Below are positions 31,436 to 41,437 of a stretch of DNA of 64,000 bases, in pieces. Source of the stretch: a virus (Duplodnaviria > Heunggongvirae > Uroviricota > Caudoviricetes). Every line of letters starts with the position of its first letter. Position 1 is the stretch's first letter. The stretch is from positions 15,442-79,441 of the IMG/VR virus record IMGVR_UViG_3300005805_000069, one strand, 5' to 3'. The position numbers and the translations under genes were made by a program. The notes under the pieces were generated by a model that saw only the letters and a program-made list of their open reading frames with translations, was not told where the DNA came from and ran no database searches.

Positions 31436-31600
31436 AGTTTATTTATTTGGTTTGTTTGCAGAGTGATTCCCACCGAAGGGACAGCGATTGGGAGACACCC
31501 CAATCCAACACTCTGGAGGTTGAGAAGATTCCCCCTCTTTGGGAGGGGGGTAATTCTTCTCTGTATCAGGGGTCTAAGGACGAGTCCTTAGAGGGAGGTC
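31436..31600 (-). promoter_or_regulatory. Structured roughly 165-nt intergenic region 3' of the capsid gene, with at least three hairpins (attenuator or partial terminator candidate)
   Basis: Palindromes tctaaggacgagtccttaga (31573-31592) and ccccctc-tttgg-gaggggg (31531-31549), plus tccca..ccgaagg..tggga (about 31467-31492). Confidence 0.5.
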
Positions 31601-33154
31601 TTAGAATTGTGGAATCTCTTCGATCAACACTGTACGAGACAGGTCTTCGATGAAGACATCACATCTATCCTTCATCCAGATTTCGTATCCTGGGAATTTA
31701 TTTGCAGAGCTCATACCCTGAGACTTAGCAAAGCCTAAGTGGTGACGAGTTCCATCGATATAGCCCCAAGTCATAGAAGGTGCACCCTTCATACGAACTT
31801 CACGGATGTTGTTAACCATAGAACCATCAGACATTGGAGACACGTCAAATACCATAAATACTGGCGTAGACTTCTTGTTCTGACCGAATTCCAAGTTAGA
31901 TTGAGGCAAGTCAAGTTCTTTCAAGTGAATAAGTTCAACACGACCAGTCTCACGTGTAACCATTGCATCGAATGCAAAGTTGTAAGTGATGTGTTGTCCT
32001 TCTCCTTGCAAGTAACGGTTTCCGCTATCAGCCATGAAAGTCAAACCACTGTTCAAAGCGTCTGTTTTCAAAGCTTGCTGGAATACGTCAAAACCTGCTT
32101 CGTTAGTATACATTTTAACTCTTCTGTCCTTAACATCAACCCTTCTGTAGAAGAGGTCACCAAAGACAGCACGAATCAAGTTAGCAGTGAATTCACCACG
32201 GTTGTACTGAACCAAGTTACCGTTGTTACGCATTCTGTGGTAAACACCAGCAGATGTACGCTTCAACTCTTGCTTACTACCGTTTGTTTTAACAGTACCT
32301 GGGCGAGACCAAATCATACGCTTAACTTTCAACTCAAGCATAGACTTTCTCATCCAGAACTCAATGAATGGTTCCCACTTAACATCGTTCCTTGTCAAAG
32401 GAAGTTGGTTTCTACGCTGAGGAGCGTAAACCAAGATGTCCAATGGACGACCAGCTGAATCTCTCATCATTTTGTCATCAGCCCACTCAGTGATCTTGTG
32501 CTCAAAACCATATGCAGAACCAAGAGATTCAAACATTGTGATTTGCTCACCAAGACGAGGAAGACCCAACAAATCTTGATCGAATTCACCAATCGCAGCA
32601 TCAACCAACTCAAGTTCGATACCCACTTGCAAGAAGGTTGGGCTAACGAAGTCTACAGTTGGATTATCTGTAACCAAAGTGAAGCTATAAAGGAAGCCCA
32701 TGTTCCAAGGAACTGGATCCTTAATAACGTAAAAGCGAGGACCATACTGACGGCTACCTACAGAAATGATTGCGTTCTTAGAGAACTCATTTGTGTCAAG
32801 TACCAATTGGAACTCTTGACCATCAATACCAGGCTTGCTCAATTCTTGAGTGGAAGCTGGAACATCAATGATTTTAGGGAATTTGTACGGAACAGCTACT
32901 TGCCATTTCCAAGCATCGCTATTATTATCAATGTAATAAGGCGTGCTTTTGTTGATCATGTCAAGAAAGTCGTTGCTGTAAAGAGAGCTCTGAGTGTAGA
33001 GGCTGATGATTTTCTTGTCGTAATCAGCAGGCTCAGTTGAGTGGAAGCTCTCCAGGTGGTTAGCGTCAGTTAGCTTACCAACAGCACGCTTGTCCATAGA
33101 TGCGACACGAGCATACGTGAAGCCAGTTAGACCTGGGATTGTTTGAATTGCCAT
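31601..33154 (-). CDS. Major capsid protein candidate, 517 aa
   Basis: Directly follows the scaffold-like gene in the order TerL-portal-SPFH-scaffold-this gene. Followed by 3' hairpins. No fold verification is possible by eye. Confidence 0.5.
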   Translation of the reverse strand: MAIQTIPGLTGFTYARVASMDKRAVGKLTDANHLESFHSTEPADYDKKIISLYTQSSLYSNDFLDMINKSTPYYIDNNSDAWKWQVAVPYKFPKIIDVPASTQELSKPGIDGQEFQLVLDTNEFSKNAIISVGSRQYGPRFYVIKDPVPWNMGFLYSFTLVTDNPTVDFVSPTFLQVGIELELVDAAIGEFDQDLLGLPRLGEQITMFESLGSAYGFEHKITEWADDKMMRDSAGRPLDILVYAPQRRNQLPLTRNDVKWEPFIEFWMRKSMLELKVKRMIWSRPGTVKTNGSKQELKRTSAGVYHRMRNNGNLVQYNRGEFTANLIRAVFGDLFYRRVDVKDRRVKMYTNEAGFDVFQQALKTDALNSGLTFMADSGNRYLQGEGQHITYNFAFDAMVTRETGRVELIHLKELDLPQSNLEFGQNKKSTPVFMVFDVSPMSDGSMVNNIREVRMKGAPSMTWGYIDGTRHHLGFAKSQGMSSANKFPGYEIWMKDRCDVFIEDLSRTVLIEEIPQF

Positions 33155-33180
33155 TTTGTTATCCTTTTATTTATTAAAGT

Positions 33181-34455
33181 TTATAAGAACCATGAATTTT
33201 GTTTAGAAGGCTGAGTACTACCTGTTGTCTTAGACTTTGTAACTTGTCTAGCCACTTCCCCAAACAGTTCGTTAGATTTCTTTGAAACGCCTGTTCTTTG
33301 GATGGTGGACAATGTGGGATCTTTTTCTAAGATTTTGAGCAGCAAAGCAACCTTCACTTTAGTTGCATGATTCTCAGGTCTTTTCAATTCCAAGATGGTC
33401 TTATCGAAATCTGTAAGAGTTTCGCCAGATGCTGTCTTGTACTTATCCACCAGCAGGAAGTCTTGTAGTTCGTTTGCCAACTTAGGATTGATGGGGATAC
33501 CATCGAACTCCTTAGATTTCAGCTTGTCTTGAAGGACTTGCTGAACGTTATTAATGTATTGATTTTTAACAGCTTGTCTCTGTTGTAGCTCTTGCTCAGC
33601 TTTTTGCTCCATTTGGGCAAGTTTCTGGGCTTCCTTCTTAACCAACACCTTATGGTGTTTTGTTGCTACATTTTCGAGATCACCATAGTTTTTGAGTCTT
33701 TCCACCTCTGTGTTGATGTCATCAGGCTCAAATCCCTGGTCAGCTAGAGCTTGCTTTATCACTGTCACTTGATTGTTCTCTTGTGTCAGGTCCATTTCTG
33801 CAAAGCTCACTACATTATTGTAAGTGCCAAAGTATTCCTTTGGATTAACACCTTTTACAAATACAGCCTCGAACGCTTGTTGATAATCTTCACCAAATTG
33901 ACCAATGAAGCTCTGCACCATCTCAACAGCTCCCTTCTTCTTTTCATTCTGGAATCTTTCCAGGAATTCTTCAGGGGTGGAGATGTTTACATCTTCTTCA
34001 TCCTCATCCTTTGAGAAGACACCTAATTTGAAAAGGTCGCGAGACAGAGCTGTGAATTGACTCACTTGCTCATCTACATTTTCTTCATCAGATGTGGTTT
34101 CTTCTGCAGGTTTAGCTTCAGCAGCAGGAGCTTTCTTAACTGGTTGAGGATCAACAGTTTCTGTAGATTCTTCTTCACCAGCGTTGTCTCCAAGGAAGCT
34201 AGAAATCAGGTCTTGACCTGTAGTTTCTTCACCTTCTCCTTTTTGGACAATCTCCTTACCTTTTGGAACATCAAGTTTTGGATCAGCAGCAGGAGGCTCA
34301 GCGTCTTTTACAATCTTCTGAAGATCATCAGGACTACCTGTTGATGTTTCAGGGGATAAAAGATCGTTCAAAAGCTCTGCACTACCAGGACCCATTTCCA
34401 TAGTGTTCTCAATACTAAAGTTGCCAAATGATGGCGTATCAAGGTTCTCAGCCAT
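33181..34455 (-). CDS. Scaffolding protein candidate, 424 aa (acidic, coiled-coil)
   Basis: Very acidic, low-complexity N-terminal half and a helical, Q/E/K-rich C-terminal half. Sits between the portal and capsid genes. Confidence 0.5.
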   Translation of the reverse strand: MAENLDTPSFGNFSIENTMEMGPGSAELLNDLLSPETSTGSPDDLQKIVKDAEPPAADPKLDVPKGKEIVQKGEGEETTGQDLISSFLGDNAGEEESTETVDPQPVKKAPAAEAKPAEETTSDEENVDEQVSQFTALSRDLFKLGVFSKDEDEEDVNISTPEEFLERFQNEKKKGAVEMVQSFIGQFGEDYQQAFEAVFVKGVNPKEYFGTYNNVVSFAEMDLTQENNQVTVIKQALADQGFEPDDINTEVERLKNYGDLENVATKHHKVLVKKEAQKLAQMEQKAEQELQQRQAVKNQYINNVQQVLQDKLKSKEFDGIPINPKLANELQDFLLVDKYKTASGETLTDFDKTILELKRPENHATKVKVALLLKILEKDPTLSTIQRTGVSKKSNELFGEVARQVTKSKTTGSTQPSKQNSWFL

Positions 34456-34575
34456 ATGTAGTTTATTTTTATTGGTTTACGAGGTGTAAAAATATATGAA
34501 ACGTATTGAATAGCAAAGAGTTATGACGCTATATAAAGTGTTTTCGTTGATAATATAGCATTAATGTAATTCACT

Positions 34576-35106
34576 CTAATCAAGTTTGTTTGTAACTGTG
34601 TCATTTATTAGCCTAAAGCTCCTGATTGGGGCTATATCTGTCAGGGTAACTTGTTGAATATCAACGCCCCACTTTTTAGCTTCCACCCTCACTTTCTTGG
34701 TGAGTGTGTTGTCAATCTCTGGATCTATACAAGCTTCCAAGGGAAGGGATATAATAATGTTCTTGATGATGGACTGGGTCATATCAGCCAAGGCATCCTG
34801 AGCATCAAATACTTCCAAGAGGAAAACCTTGACATCCGAGATCTTATATTTGACAACAGCTTTAACAACGACATTTTGTTTATCTTTTGTGTATAGAGAT
34901 TGGGCAGACAAGCTCAATGTTGTAATCACCACATGCTGTGAGACCACCTCATCTATCACTGGCAGTTTCACGTGAAACCCTGGTTTCAGCACTTTCTTAA
35001 ATCTACCAGCCCTTAGAAGAACTGCTTCCTCATAGTCTGGTATGATCACTGCTGGCATTAGGAAGTTCCACCATTGAGCCAGCAGGTCTATGAGTTTGTC
35101 GAACAT
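34576..35106 (-). CDS. SPFH/band-7 (stomatin/HflK-like) domain protein, 176 aa
   Basis: IIPDYEEAVLLRAGRFKKVLKPGFHVKLPVIDEV and LYTKDKQNVVVKAVVKYKISD match SPFH cores such as IVPQQQAWVVERFGRY..LQPGL..VPFMD and ISKDNANVTIDAVCFIQVID. Confidence 0.75.
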   Translation of the reverse strand: MFDKLIDLLAQWWNFLMPAVIIPDYEEAVLLRAGRFKKVLKPGFHVKLPVIDEVVSQHVVITTLSLSAQSLYTKDKQNVVVKAVVKYKISDVKVFLLEVFDAQDALADMTQSIIKNIIISLPLEACIDPEIDNTLTKKVRVEAKKWGVDIQQVTLTDIAPIRSFRLINDTVTNKLD

Positions 35107-37697
35107 TATTTAGATTTTTTGGAAGCTCTGTTCTTTGCGTTCTCTTTTGCTATGGCTAAATCGTTTGCTTGATTCTCACGGGCCACTTTTAGTTTCTCCC
35201 TTTCGATCTCAAGCTTCTGTGCGTTTTGTAAGTTTTTAGATTGTATGTCAGCCATTTTGGTTTGGTAGTCTTTAGCCACCTTGTCCTGTTGGCTGCTTAA
35301 CTTGCTGATTTCCAATACATCAGGTGTACCACTCTCGTCAACATCAGCCAGTCCCATACCCATGGATTTAGCCTCAGCGTTTATCAAAGCTATCTCTTTC
35401 TTGTTAATTCTATCAAGCTCGTTCTGGTAGTTGTCATTTGCTATCTCCTGTTCTTTCTGGATCATGGCTTGCTGAATCTGAGCCTGTGCAATCTGAGCTT
35501 GCTGGTCAGCCTGCTGTTGCTGAATTTGCAACTGTTGCTGCTGCATAGCCATTTGCTGGTCACGCAAATCCTTGAACACCTTCTTCATGGCTCTCATAGA
35601 CTTGGTGCTGTAGAGCTCAATGACATCGTATAGAGATCCACCATTCTGCATCAAAGGCTGGGCTAACTGACGAAGCTCGTTAAACATTTGTGTATCCTCA
35701 GGACGATTTGTCAAGAACACCTTCAGGTCACGGAACTTCAGATCAGATCCATTTACAGAAACAAAAGCTGATTCACCCTCGCTAGTGATGTAGCTGAGAG
35801 TGGATTGTGGCTTCTTAGATTCTACGTACAGGGCAGCATCAATAATGGCTTGGTAGAGCTGACCCATGACATATTCATGGGCTACAAACCAAGGTTCTGT
35901 CTGAGAATAGGATTGTTGAATAGCTGTATTGGTTCCTGTAGCAGATTCACTAGCTGATACAGATCCCATACGTTGTCTACTCATACCTATGAGTTCCCAA
36001 CATTCGTTCTTAAGCTGTTGAGCTAGTGTATATCTAGATTGTATCTCTTGTGTTCTTGTAAGATCAATGTCTCTAAACTGGTTGAAGCTAGAAGGACTCT
36101 TTAAGTTCTCAGGGCTGTCATCAATAAAGACAACACCTCTGTTTCTTGCTTCCATTTCCCAGATGTCTAGGGCATCTTGAGCATCCCCATCCTTAGGAAC
36201 AGGAATGTGTCTGATGGATGTTAAATACACCTTACCCACTTCCTTCTCTAGGAGTTTGTAAAGCTGGTTCATGCAGACATTGTACAACACCTGGAACGGT
36301 TTCATCAAGTCAACCAGAGATTTAGCCTCTGTGTTTTTCACTTCAAAAGTTATTCCAATGATTGGACAATAATTAAGAAGCTTAAAAGGTTTAACATGAT
36401 AGATGTCTGGACCAATCTTTGTACCCTGATACCATTCATTAATCCATCCCCACTCTAACGATTGTTGTGTAGGAACAGTGCCAGACTTATAGTTTTCATC
36501 TACAAGAACAGATTGTTCGTTACCAAGCTCATCTAAATAAATTAGTTTACCAATTTTTCTTTTGCTCAGCCAGTAGCATCTCACCACCACATACTTGTAA
36601 CCAAAAGAACTAACATTAGAGGTTAGTCCCAAGAAGTCTTTTAAACCATCGTTGTTCTCCTTCATTTCACTCTCAATAATCATACGAGTTTGAAGGACTA
36701 ATGGATCAAACGTATCATAGGTAACTGAGTCAATACCAGGGACAACGTTAGGATTACCTAAGTTTGATTCGCGAACATTGATAAGTCCGTAGTCTTGGAG
36801 AGAACTTCTCAGATGGTCTATCTCTTCTTTAGTAAGGTCAGGAATGCTTTCAATGATCTCTGAAAGCTCCATAACTTGCACAGTGCCTGCAGCATAAGCA
36901 CCTTGAGCTCTCCCCGTAGGATCAGAGATGTACTTCCTATCAGGCGTTGTAAGAAACCATGTGTTTTTTGGGTTAGCCACTTCGATGTTGAAGCCCAGTT
37001 TAGAATTGTCCTCATATATGTGATAGAATTCTCTTCCAGAAATTAGCATATCGCGAAACGCATCTTCACTCTTTTCCTTTAGATTAAACTCAGCCTTTTG
37101 GCATGTAAGGACATGATTGGCCCATTTCTCAGCTACAGAAGTGTAGCTATCTAGCACTTCCTTCACCTGATCAAATGTCATTTGTTCAAGATCTTCCTCA
37201 GAGATTTCCTCACCCTTCAGAGCAGCATTCTCAATGATTTTTGTTTTGGCTTGATTCAGAACGTATTGTTGTAATATGTCTGTCTTAAACTCCAGCTCTT
37301 CTGATTTGCTATCATCATCAAACGCTTTCACCCTAAATGTGTCAGGACGTTTTGTGATTTCACCCACCAACTCGTTCACTGGTGTTGTGATGATGGAATA
37401 CATCTTTACATATGCAGGAAGTTGCAAGTCTGCTGTGAGAACATCCGTGAATGATCTCACCTGTGGTTCTTGATAGAAGTCTTCCATTCTAAGAATACCC
37501 TTCATCAAGTCGTAGTTCTTAACAAACGTGTCACGGTTCTTTACATACTCAGCATATGCCTTGTTTGCAAAGTAGTCCATCGTATTCTTTATCCAACTCT
37601 CATCCTGCTTCTCCTTCTCAGTTTTGAACTGATCAGGGAATATGTTAAGATAGGCATACCTAATCGTAGCATCTTTCGTATATCTAATAATTGCCAT
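35106..37697 (-). CDS. Portal protein candidate, 863 aa, with poly-Q / coiled-coil C-terminal tail
   Basis: Immediately downstream of TerL, with overlapping stop and start. Large size. The C-terminal 160 aa are Q-rich (QQMAMQQQQLQIQQQQADQQAQIAQAQIQQ). Confidence 0.55.
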   Translation of the reverse strand: MAIIRYTKDATIRYAYLNIFPDQFKTEKEKQDESWIKNTMDYFANKAYAEYVKNRDTFVKNYDLMKGILRMEDFYQEPQVRSFTDVLTADLQLPAYVKMYSIITTPVNELVGEITKRPDTFRVKAFDDDSKSEELEFKTDILQQYVLNQAKTKIIENAALKGEEISEEDLEQMTFDQVKEVLDSYTSVAEKWANHVLTCQKAEFNLKEKSEDAFRDMLISGREFYHIYEDNSKLGFNIEVANPKNTWFLTTPDRKYISDPTGRAQGAYAAGTVQVMELSEIIESIPDLTKEEIDHLRSSLQDYGLINVRESNLGNPNVVPGIDSVTYDTFDPLVLQTRMIIESEMKENNDGLKDFLGLTSNVSSFGYKYVVVRCYWLSKRKIGKLIYLDELGNEQSVLVDENYKSGTVPTQQSLEWGWINEWYQGTKIGPDIYHVKPFKLLNYCPIIGITFEVKNTEAKSLVDLMKPFQVLYNVCMNQLYKLLEKEVGKVYLTSIRHIPVPKDGDAQDALDIWEMEARNRGVVFIDDSPENLKSPSSFNQFRDIDLTRTQEIQSRYTLAQQLKNECWELIGMSRQRMGSVSASESATGTNTAIQQSYSQTEPWFVAHEYVMGQLYQAIIDAALYVESKKPQSTLSYITSEGESAFVSVNGSDLKFRDLKVFLTNRPEDTQMFNELRQLAQPLMQNGGSLYDVIELYSTKSMRAMKKVFKDLRDQQMAMQQQQLQIQQQQADQQAQIAQAQIQQAMIQKEQEIANDNYQNELDRINKKEIALINAEAKSMGMGLADVDESGTPDVLEISKLSSQQDKVAKDYQTKMADIQSKNLQNAQKLEIEREKLKVARENQANDLAIAKENAKNRASKKSK

Positions 37698-39721
37698 TAT
37701 AAGAACAATTTACTTTTTTTCTTTTGAAATAATCCTCTTGATTCTGTGAACAGTTGATTCTTTTTGTTTGGTCTGAAGAAAGCTTTCATCCTATCATCTC
37801 CACTTCCTCCCACCTTTCCTAGAATGGGATCCATCTTGAGAGCCTGAGCTATTGCTAGCTCTGCTGCCACAATACGGTCAAAGTTACCCTGATCGTTATA
37901 CTGAATAATCTCTTCCAGTAGAACAGGATCAAATATCTTAGACACGCCTGTGGTTTGTTTAGTTATATTACCGTCTTCATCCTTCTCTTCATACACAACA
38001 GCTTCCATATATTTCTTCAGACAGTTGTGTAGATAGTCTCTTATCTTTTCTGCAGAACGGTGAACACCATAGTCACGTTTCACTGTAGTGCCTGGCACCA
38101 CTTCCTTCAGCCATTCTGGTTGCTTCTCTAGATAGTGTGCATCTCCTTTACTCTTCATATATTCAATAAAGGATATGTCATCATTCTCACAAAGCGTGCG
38201 TGCATTGTAATATTTGATAAGAAGTCTAGCCTGTTCTTCCCAGGTTTCCTTCTTATCAGGACGTGCACAATACGAAGCTACGAACATATCTTGGTATTTC
38301 TCTCCTGTTATGTCGTGCATTCTCTTATATATGTACACAGATCCCAGAGATGTAGAATATGCAGCTTGTCCTTGTCTATATGGGTCCACACCAGCTACAT
38401 ACAACCCATATGGAGGATTCTCTAACGGAAACTCATACACCACCACTGGGGCATCCTTCAGATCACTGCTCTTTAGAGGGAAGTTGGTGATGGGTTGTTT
38501 ATCTGTAAACTCATGTGCTATCTTCTCGCCATCATGAAACAGAATTACAGGCGTACCTGTACGTTCCTGTGCAAGAAGTCTAGCCTTCTGACGTTTAGCT
38601 GCCTCTATATCAAATATATTTGTATCCTCATTAAGGAAGATGTCATCCACCTCTAATGGGTAGTACATCTTCTCCTTCAAATAAGCCACTCTATCACCAG
38701 CTTTCTTGAGTCTCTCTAGGTTTGACTCTGTAATTTCTTTTGCTTTCTCCTCATTACTCACCAGCATTCTTACATTATGTAGGTCGCTGTCTTTTGGCTG
38801 GTCAAGAAATGCACCAAGCGTGCTTTCCTCTTTAGCCTCCATTCTGTATTTGTAGGAAATGAACAGTCCGTGTACACGTCTATCATCCTTCTCATTATTA
38901 TATGTAAGGAAGTTGAAGTTGTCCACATCAAACATTAAGGACTTAGCGTCCATGAACCTTTTCATATCACCACCTGTACCTGTCAGGATTGGGGAACATC
39001 CCCATCCATAAGGAGTGGTGAAACCAGGCACGGCTGCCTGGAAACCTCTGAGGAAATTACCCTTACCAATCTCGTCAATAATTAGTTTACGAGGTTTAGT
39101 ACCTGCAATAGCCTCTTCGTTATTACCTTCATCCAAGTTACGGATGAGGATCTGGGAGAATGGTATACGTTCTCCTGATTTGGTCTTAATACCTAGGGTG
39201 ACTTGGTTTTTCCAATTATCCTCCACTCTCTGCCATCGCCATGCTTCAGGTAAAAAGTTGAGGCCCTTGTCCAGCTTATCTGTGATCAGCTTTATATCGG
39301 GGGCATTCAACCCAGCGATCACATTCTGGGAGTTTTCATCAAATGTAGCGCCCCACCCTATGTAAGAAGCCTCAAGAACTGACTTGGCAAAACGTCTAAT
39401 TCCCAGTATTACCAGTCCTTTTTTGTCTTGCTGTGCCCTTTCTATTTCGTTTGTTACAATCCACTCATTATCTCTAAGCAGCGGATTGGCATATTTTTGT
39501 GTTATTCTTCCACGTTCATCAATAACATCCACCTCTGTATGCCATATGTTTAAATGCCAATACAGAAATGGGTTGATGAATACACCATTCATCATTGCAC
39601 CGTTCAAGCATAGCTCTCTGTGGAAGTCAAAGAATGGCTTGTATTCAGCTGACTCACGGTCAGGAATACGCGGTTGGTTGATAAACCAGTCTTTGTAGTC
39701 TATACTTTTAAGCTCATTCAT
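37697..39721 (-). CDS. Terminase large subunit, 674 aa
   Basis: Deviant Walker A (LGIRRFAKSVLEA), Walker B (KLIIDEIGKG), and a C-terminal nuclease-type region (VVVYEF..VAGVDPY). Size is typical. Confidence 0.8.
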   Translation of the reverse strand: MNELKSIDYKDWFINQPRIPDRESAEYKPFFDFHRELCLNGAMMNGVFINPFLYWHLNIWHTEVDVIDERGRITQKYANPLLRDNEWIVTNEIERAQQDKKGLVILGIRRFAKSVLEASYIGWGATFDENSQNVIAGLNAPDIKLITDKLDKGLNFLPEAWRWQRVEDNWKNQVTLGIKTKSGERIPFSQILIRNLDEGNNEEAIAGTKPRKLIIDEIGKGNFLRGFQAAVPGFTTPYGWGCSPILTGTGGDMKRFMDAKSLMFDVDNFNFLTYNNEKDDRRVHGLFISYKYRMEAKEESTLGAFLDQPKDSDLHNVRMLVSNEEKAKEITESNLERLKKAGDRVAYLKEKMYYPLEVDDIFLNEDTNIFDIEAAKRQKARLLAQERTGTPVILFHDGEKIAHEFTDKQPITNFPLKSSDLKDAPVVVYEFPLENPPYGLYVAGVDPYRQGQAAYSTSLGSVYIYKRMHDITGEKYQDMFVASYCARPDKKETWEEQARLLIKYYNARTLCENDDISFIEYMKSKGDAHYLEKQPEWLKEVVPGTTVKRDYGVHRSAEKIRDYLHNCLKKYMEAVVYEEKDEDGNITKQTTGVSKIFDPVLLEEIIQYNDQGNFDRIVAAELAIAQALKMDPILGKVGGSGDDRMKAFFRPNKKNQLFTESRGLFQKKKSKLFL

Positions 39722-40056
39722 TATCGTCTTGTCCTAAGGAAATCTTCAGCCATAGCGCTGAGTTCTCCGTTTCCTCTCACTTCCACCTTAGCTTCTTCCT
39801 TCTCACGCAGTTTCTCCACCACCTCTAGAAGAGCCAAATAGTTCTTCATTGTCTCCTGTATAAACTTGCCTTGGGCTTCAATAGATGCTATCACCATAGG
39901 AAGCATGCCTCCCTTGGCTGTGGGTTTCCACTCAATCCTGTCCTTTAGTTCATGCAAAGGATTGGCATCAACATAAGCCTTCCAGCTTTGTAGTTGTTGC
40001 TCAGCCCAATCGAGCTCAGCATTAACATATGTAGTTTTATTAATAGTCTTCGCCAT
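39721..40056 (-). CDS. Hypothetical protein, 111 aa
   Basis: ORF. Start/stop overlaps with its neighbours indicate coupling. Confidence 0.5.
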   Translation of the reverse strand: MAKTINKTTYVNAELDWAEQQLQSWKAYVDANPLHELKDRIEWKPTAKGGMLPMVIASIEAQGKFIQETMKNYLALLEVVEKLREKEEAKVEVRGNGELSAMAEDFLRTRR

Positions 40057-40321
40057 CTTGTTCTTTTAGTATGTCATCAAGATTCATACCATCTCTGATA
40101 ATCTGATCAAGCTCGCTATCATCCGTGTGAGGAATGTCCAATTCAAGCTCAGATTTGTATTTCTCTAAGGCAAAAAGGATTTCCTTGTCTGTCAGTCCCC
40201 ACACATCCCCATATCCGTCCAGAGCTGTAGCTAAATGCCTGCCCAGATTGTACGTGGGATAGGCACTATGTAGTTGTTGGAGGAGCTGAAGAATCTGGCT
40301 GTAATAACTGGCTTTTCTCAT
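40040..40321 (-). CDS. Hypothetical protein, 93 aa
   Basis: ORF in the operon. Confidence 0.45.
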   Translation of the reverse strand: MRKASYYSQILQLLQQLHSAYPTYNLGRHLATALDGYGDVWGLTDKEILFALEKYKSELELDIPHTDDSELDQIIRDGMNLDDILKEQDGEDY

Positions 40322-40326
40322 TCACA

Positions 40327-40509
40327 TTATTTTACAATCAATCCAGCACTTGCAGCTGACAGCTTGTTTAGTCCTGGACTAACTACATCCTTAATAAGCT
40401 TAGCAATTTCTTCGTTGGCTAGGCCCTTTACATCTTCTGAAATTCCTGGTGTTGCCACGAGAGCTCCAAGCTTCTCAATAACAATCCATGCTTCTACTAT
40501 TGGGTTCAT
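40327..40509 (-). CDS. Hypothetical small protein, 60 aa
   Basis: ORF in the operon. Confidence 0.4.
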   Translation of the reverse strand: MNPIVEAWIVIEKLGALVATPGISEDVKGLANEEIAKLIKDVVSPGLNKLSAASAGLIVK

Positions 40510-40778
40510 AATAATTGGTTTAAATCTTCGTCATCTAGGTCTTTCTGTGGATCTAGTTCCACCTCAATATCGTAATCATCTTCCACATCTTGTTCCTCTA
40601 GTTCCTCATCTTTAGAATAATATTCCTGCTTTATGGCAATGCCAATATTATCTTGTATCTCGTTGGCTTGACCTATGATGTCAACAAAGTCAGCACCCTG
40701 ATTCCAAGCGTCTGTCAATACACTAATGAATATTTTCAGAGGAATCTTTCTGAGGACAATTTCGTTCTTATTTTCCAT
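40506..40778 (-). CDS. Acidic hypothetical protein, 90 aa
   Basis: ORF with a D/E-rich C-terminal half. Confidence 0.45.
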   Translation of the reverse strand: MENKNEIVLRKIPLKIFISVLTDAWNQGADFVDIIGQANEIQDNIGIAIKQEYYSKDEELEEQDVEDDYDIEVELDPQKDLDDEDLNQLL

Positions 40779-41058
40779 GGCTTGTCATTTCTTCTTCCTG
40801 ATCTGGGGTTACCAACGCTGTCCATTTATTTATAGGGCAGCTGCATGAGAGGCATTTGGTTTTAGCAGCCAGTGTGCACCCACAATGTGTGCAATGATCG
40901 TCTGGTCTGACGGTTTTGTAATCTTTCCTGTTTTTGGAATGGTAGTCACATGACTGGCATATGGCTAGCCTTTCTTCACTGGTCTTCGCTATTGTGTCCT
41001 TCAGCTTCTTGGGCGGCAGCAGGTTGTTCCTCCACCCCTCGTAAATCTGACTTATCAT
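40768..41058 (-). CDS. Zinc-ribbon protein, 96 aa (CQSCDYH...CTHCGC...CLSCSC)
   Basis: Multiple CxxC pairs. Overlaps the upstream 153-aa ORF by 83 nt, so its true start may be different. Confidence 0.45.
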   Translation of the reverse strand: MISQIYEGWRNNLLPPKKLKDTIAKTSEERLAICQSCDYHSKNRKDYKTVRPDDHCTHCGCTLAAKTKCLSCSCPINKWTALVTPDQEEEMTSHGK

Positions 41059-41437
41059 TGTGTATCCTTGGTTTTAAATCTCGTATACCGTCCACAGCCA
41101 ACTGGTGTTTAAACCTGGCCGACTTCCTTTTAGCCTCTGGCAATGTCTCGTCTTCCATCCACCTACCAAACAGTTCCCTCTGACTCTCAAACTTCTCCAT
41201 CATCCTATGTGCTTTCTTCTCATTAAAGAAGAATTTGCCAAACCCACTGATTTCCACACTCTTGTGTTGGAAGAGCGCCTCGTTAGCAGATTGAAACTGG
41301 TGATTGACCACTGTCTCCAGCGTTTTCTCACTAGTCATCATCTTGACAGCCAGCCTCCTAATCAGATAGTCCTTGACAGACAGGCTGATGGGCTTATCTG
41401 TGAACAAGTCTGATTTCAAGGGTGATGTCATGTTCAA
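40976..41437 (-). CDS. Hypothetical protein, 153 aa
   Basis: ORF. The long overlap with the zinc-ribbon ORF is unresolved. Confidence 0.45.
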   Translation of the reverse strand: MNMTSPLKSDLFTDKPISLSVKDYLIRRLAVKMMTSEKTLETVVNHQFQSANEALFQHKSVEISGFGKFFFNEKKAHRMMEKFESQRELFGRWMEDETLPEAKRKSARFKHQLAVDGIRDLKPRIHNDKSDLRGVEEQPAAAQEAEGHNSEDQ

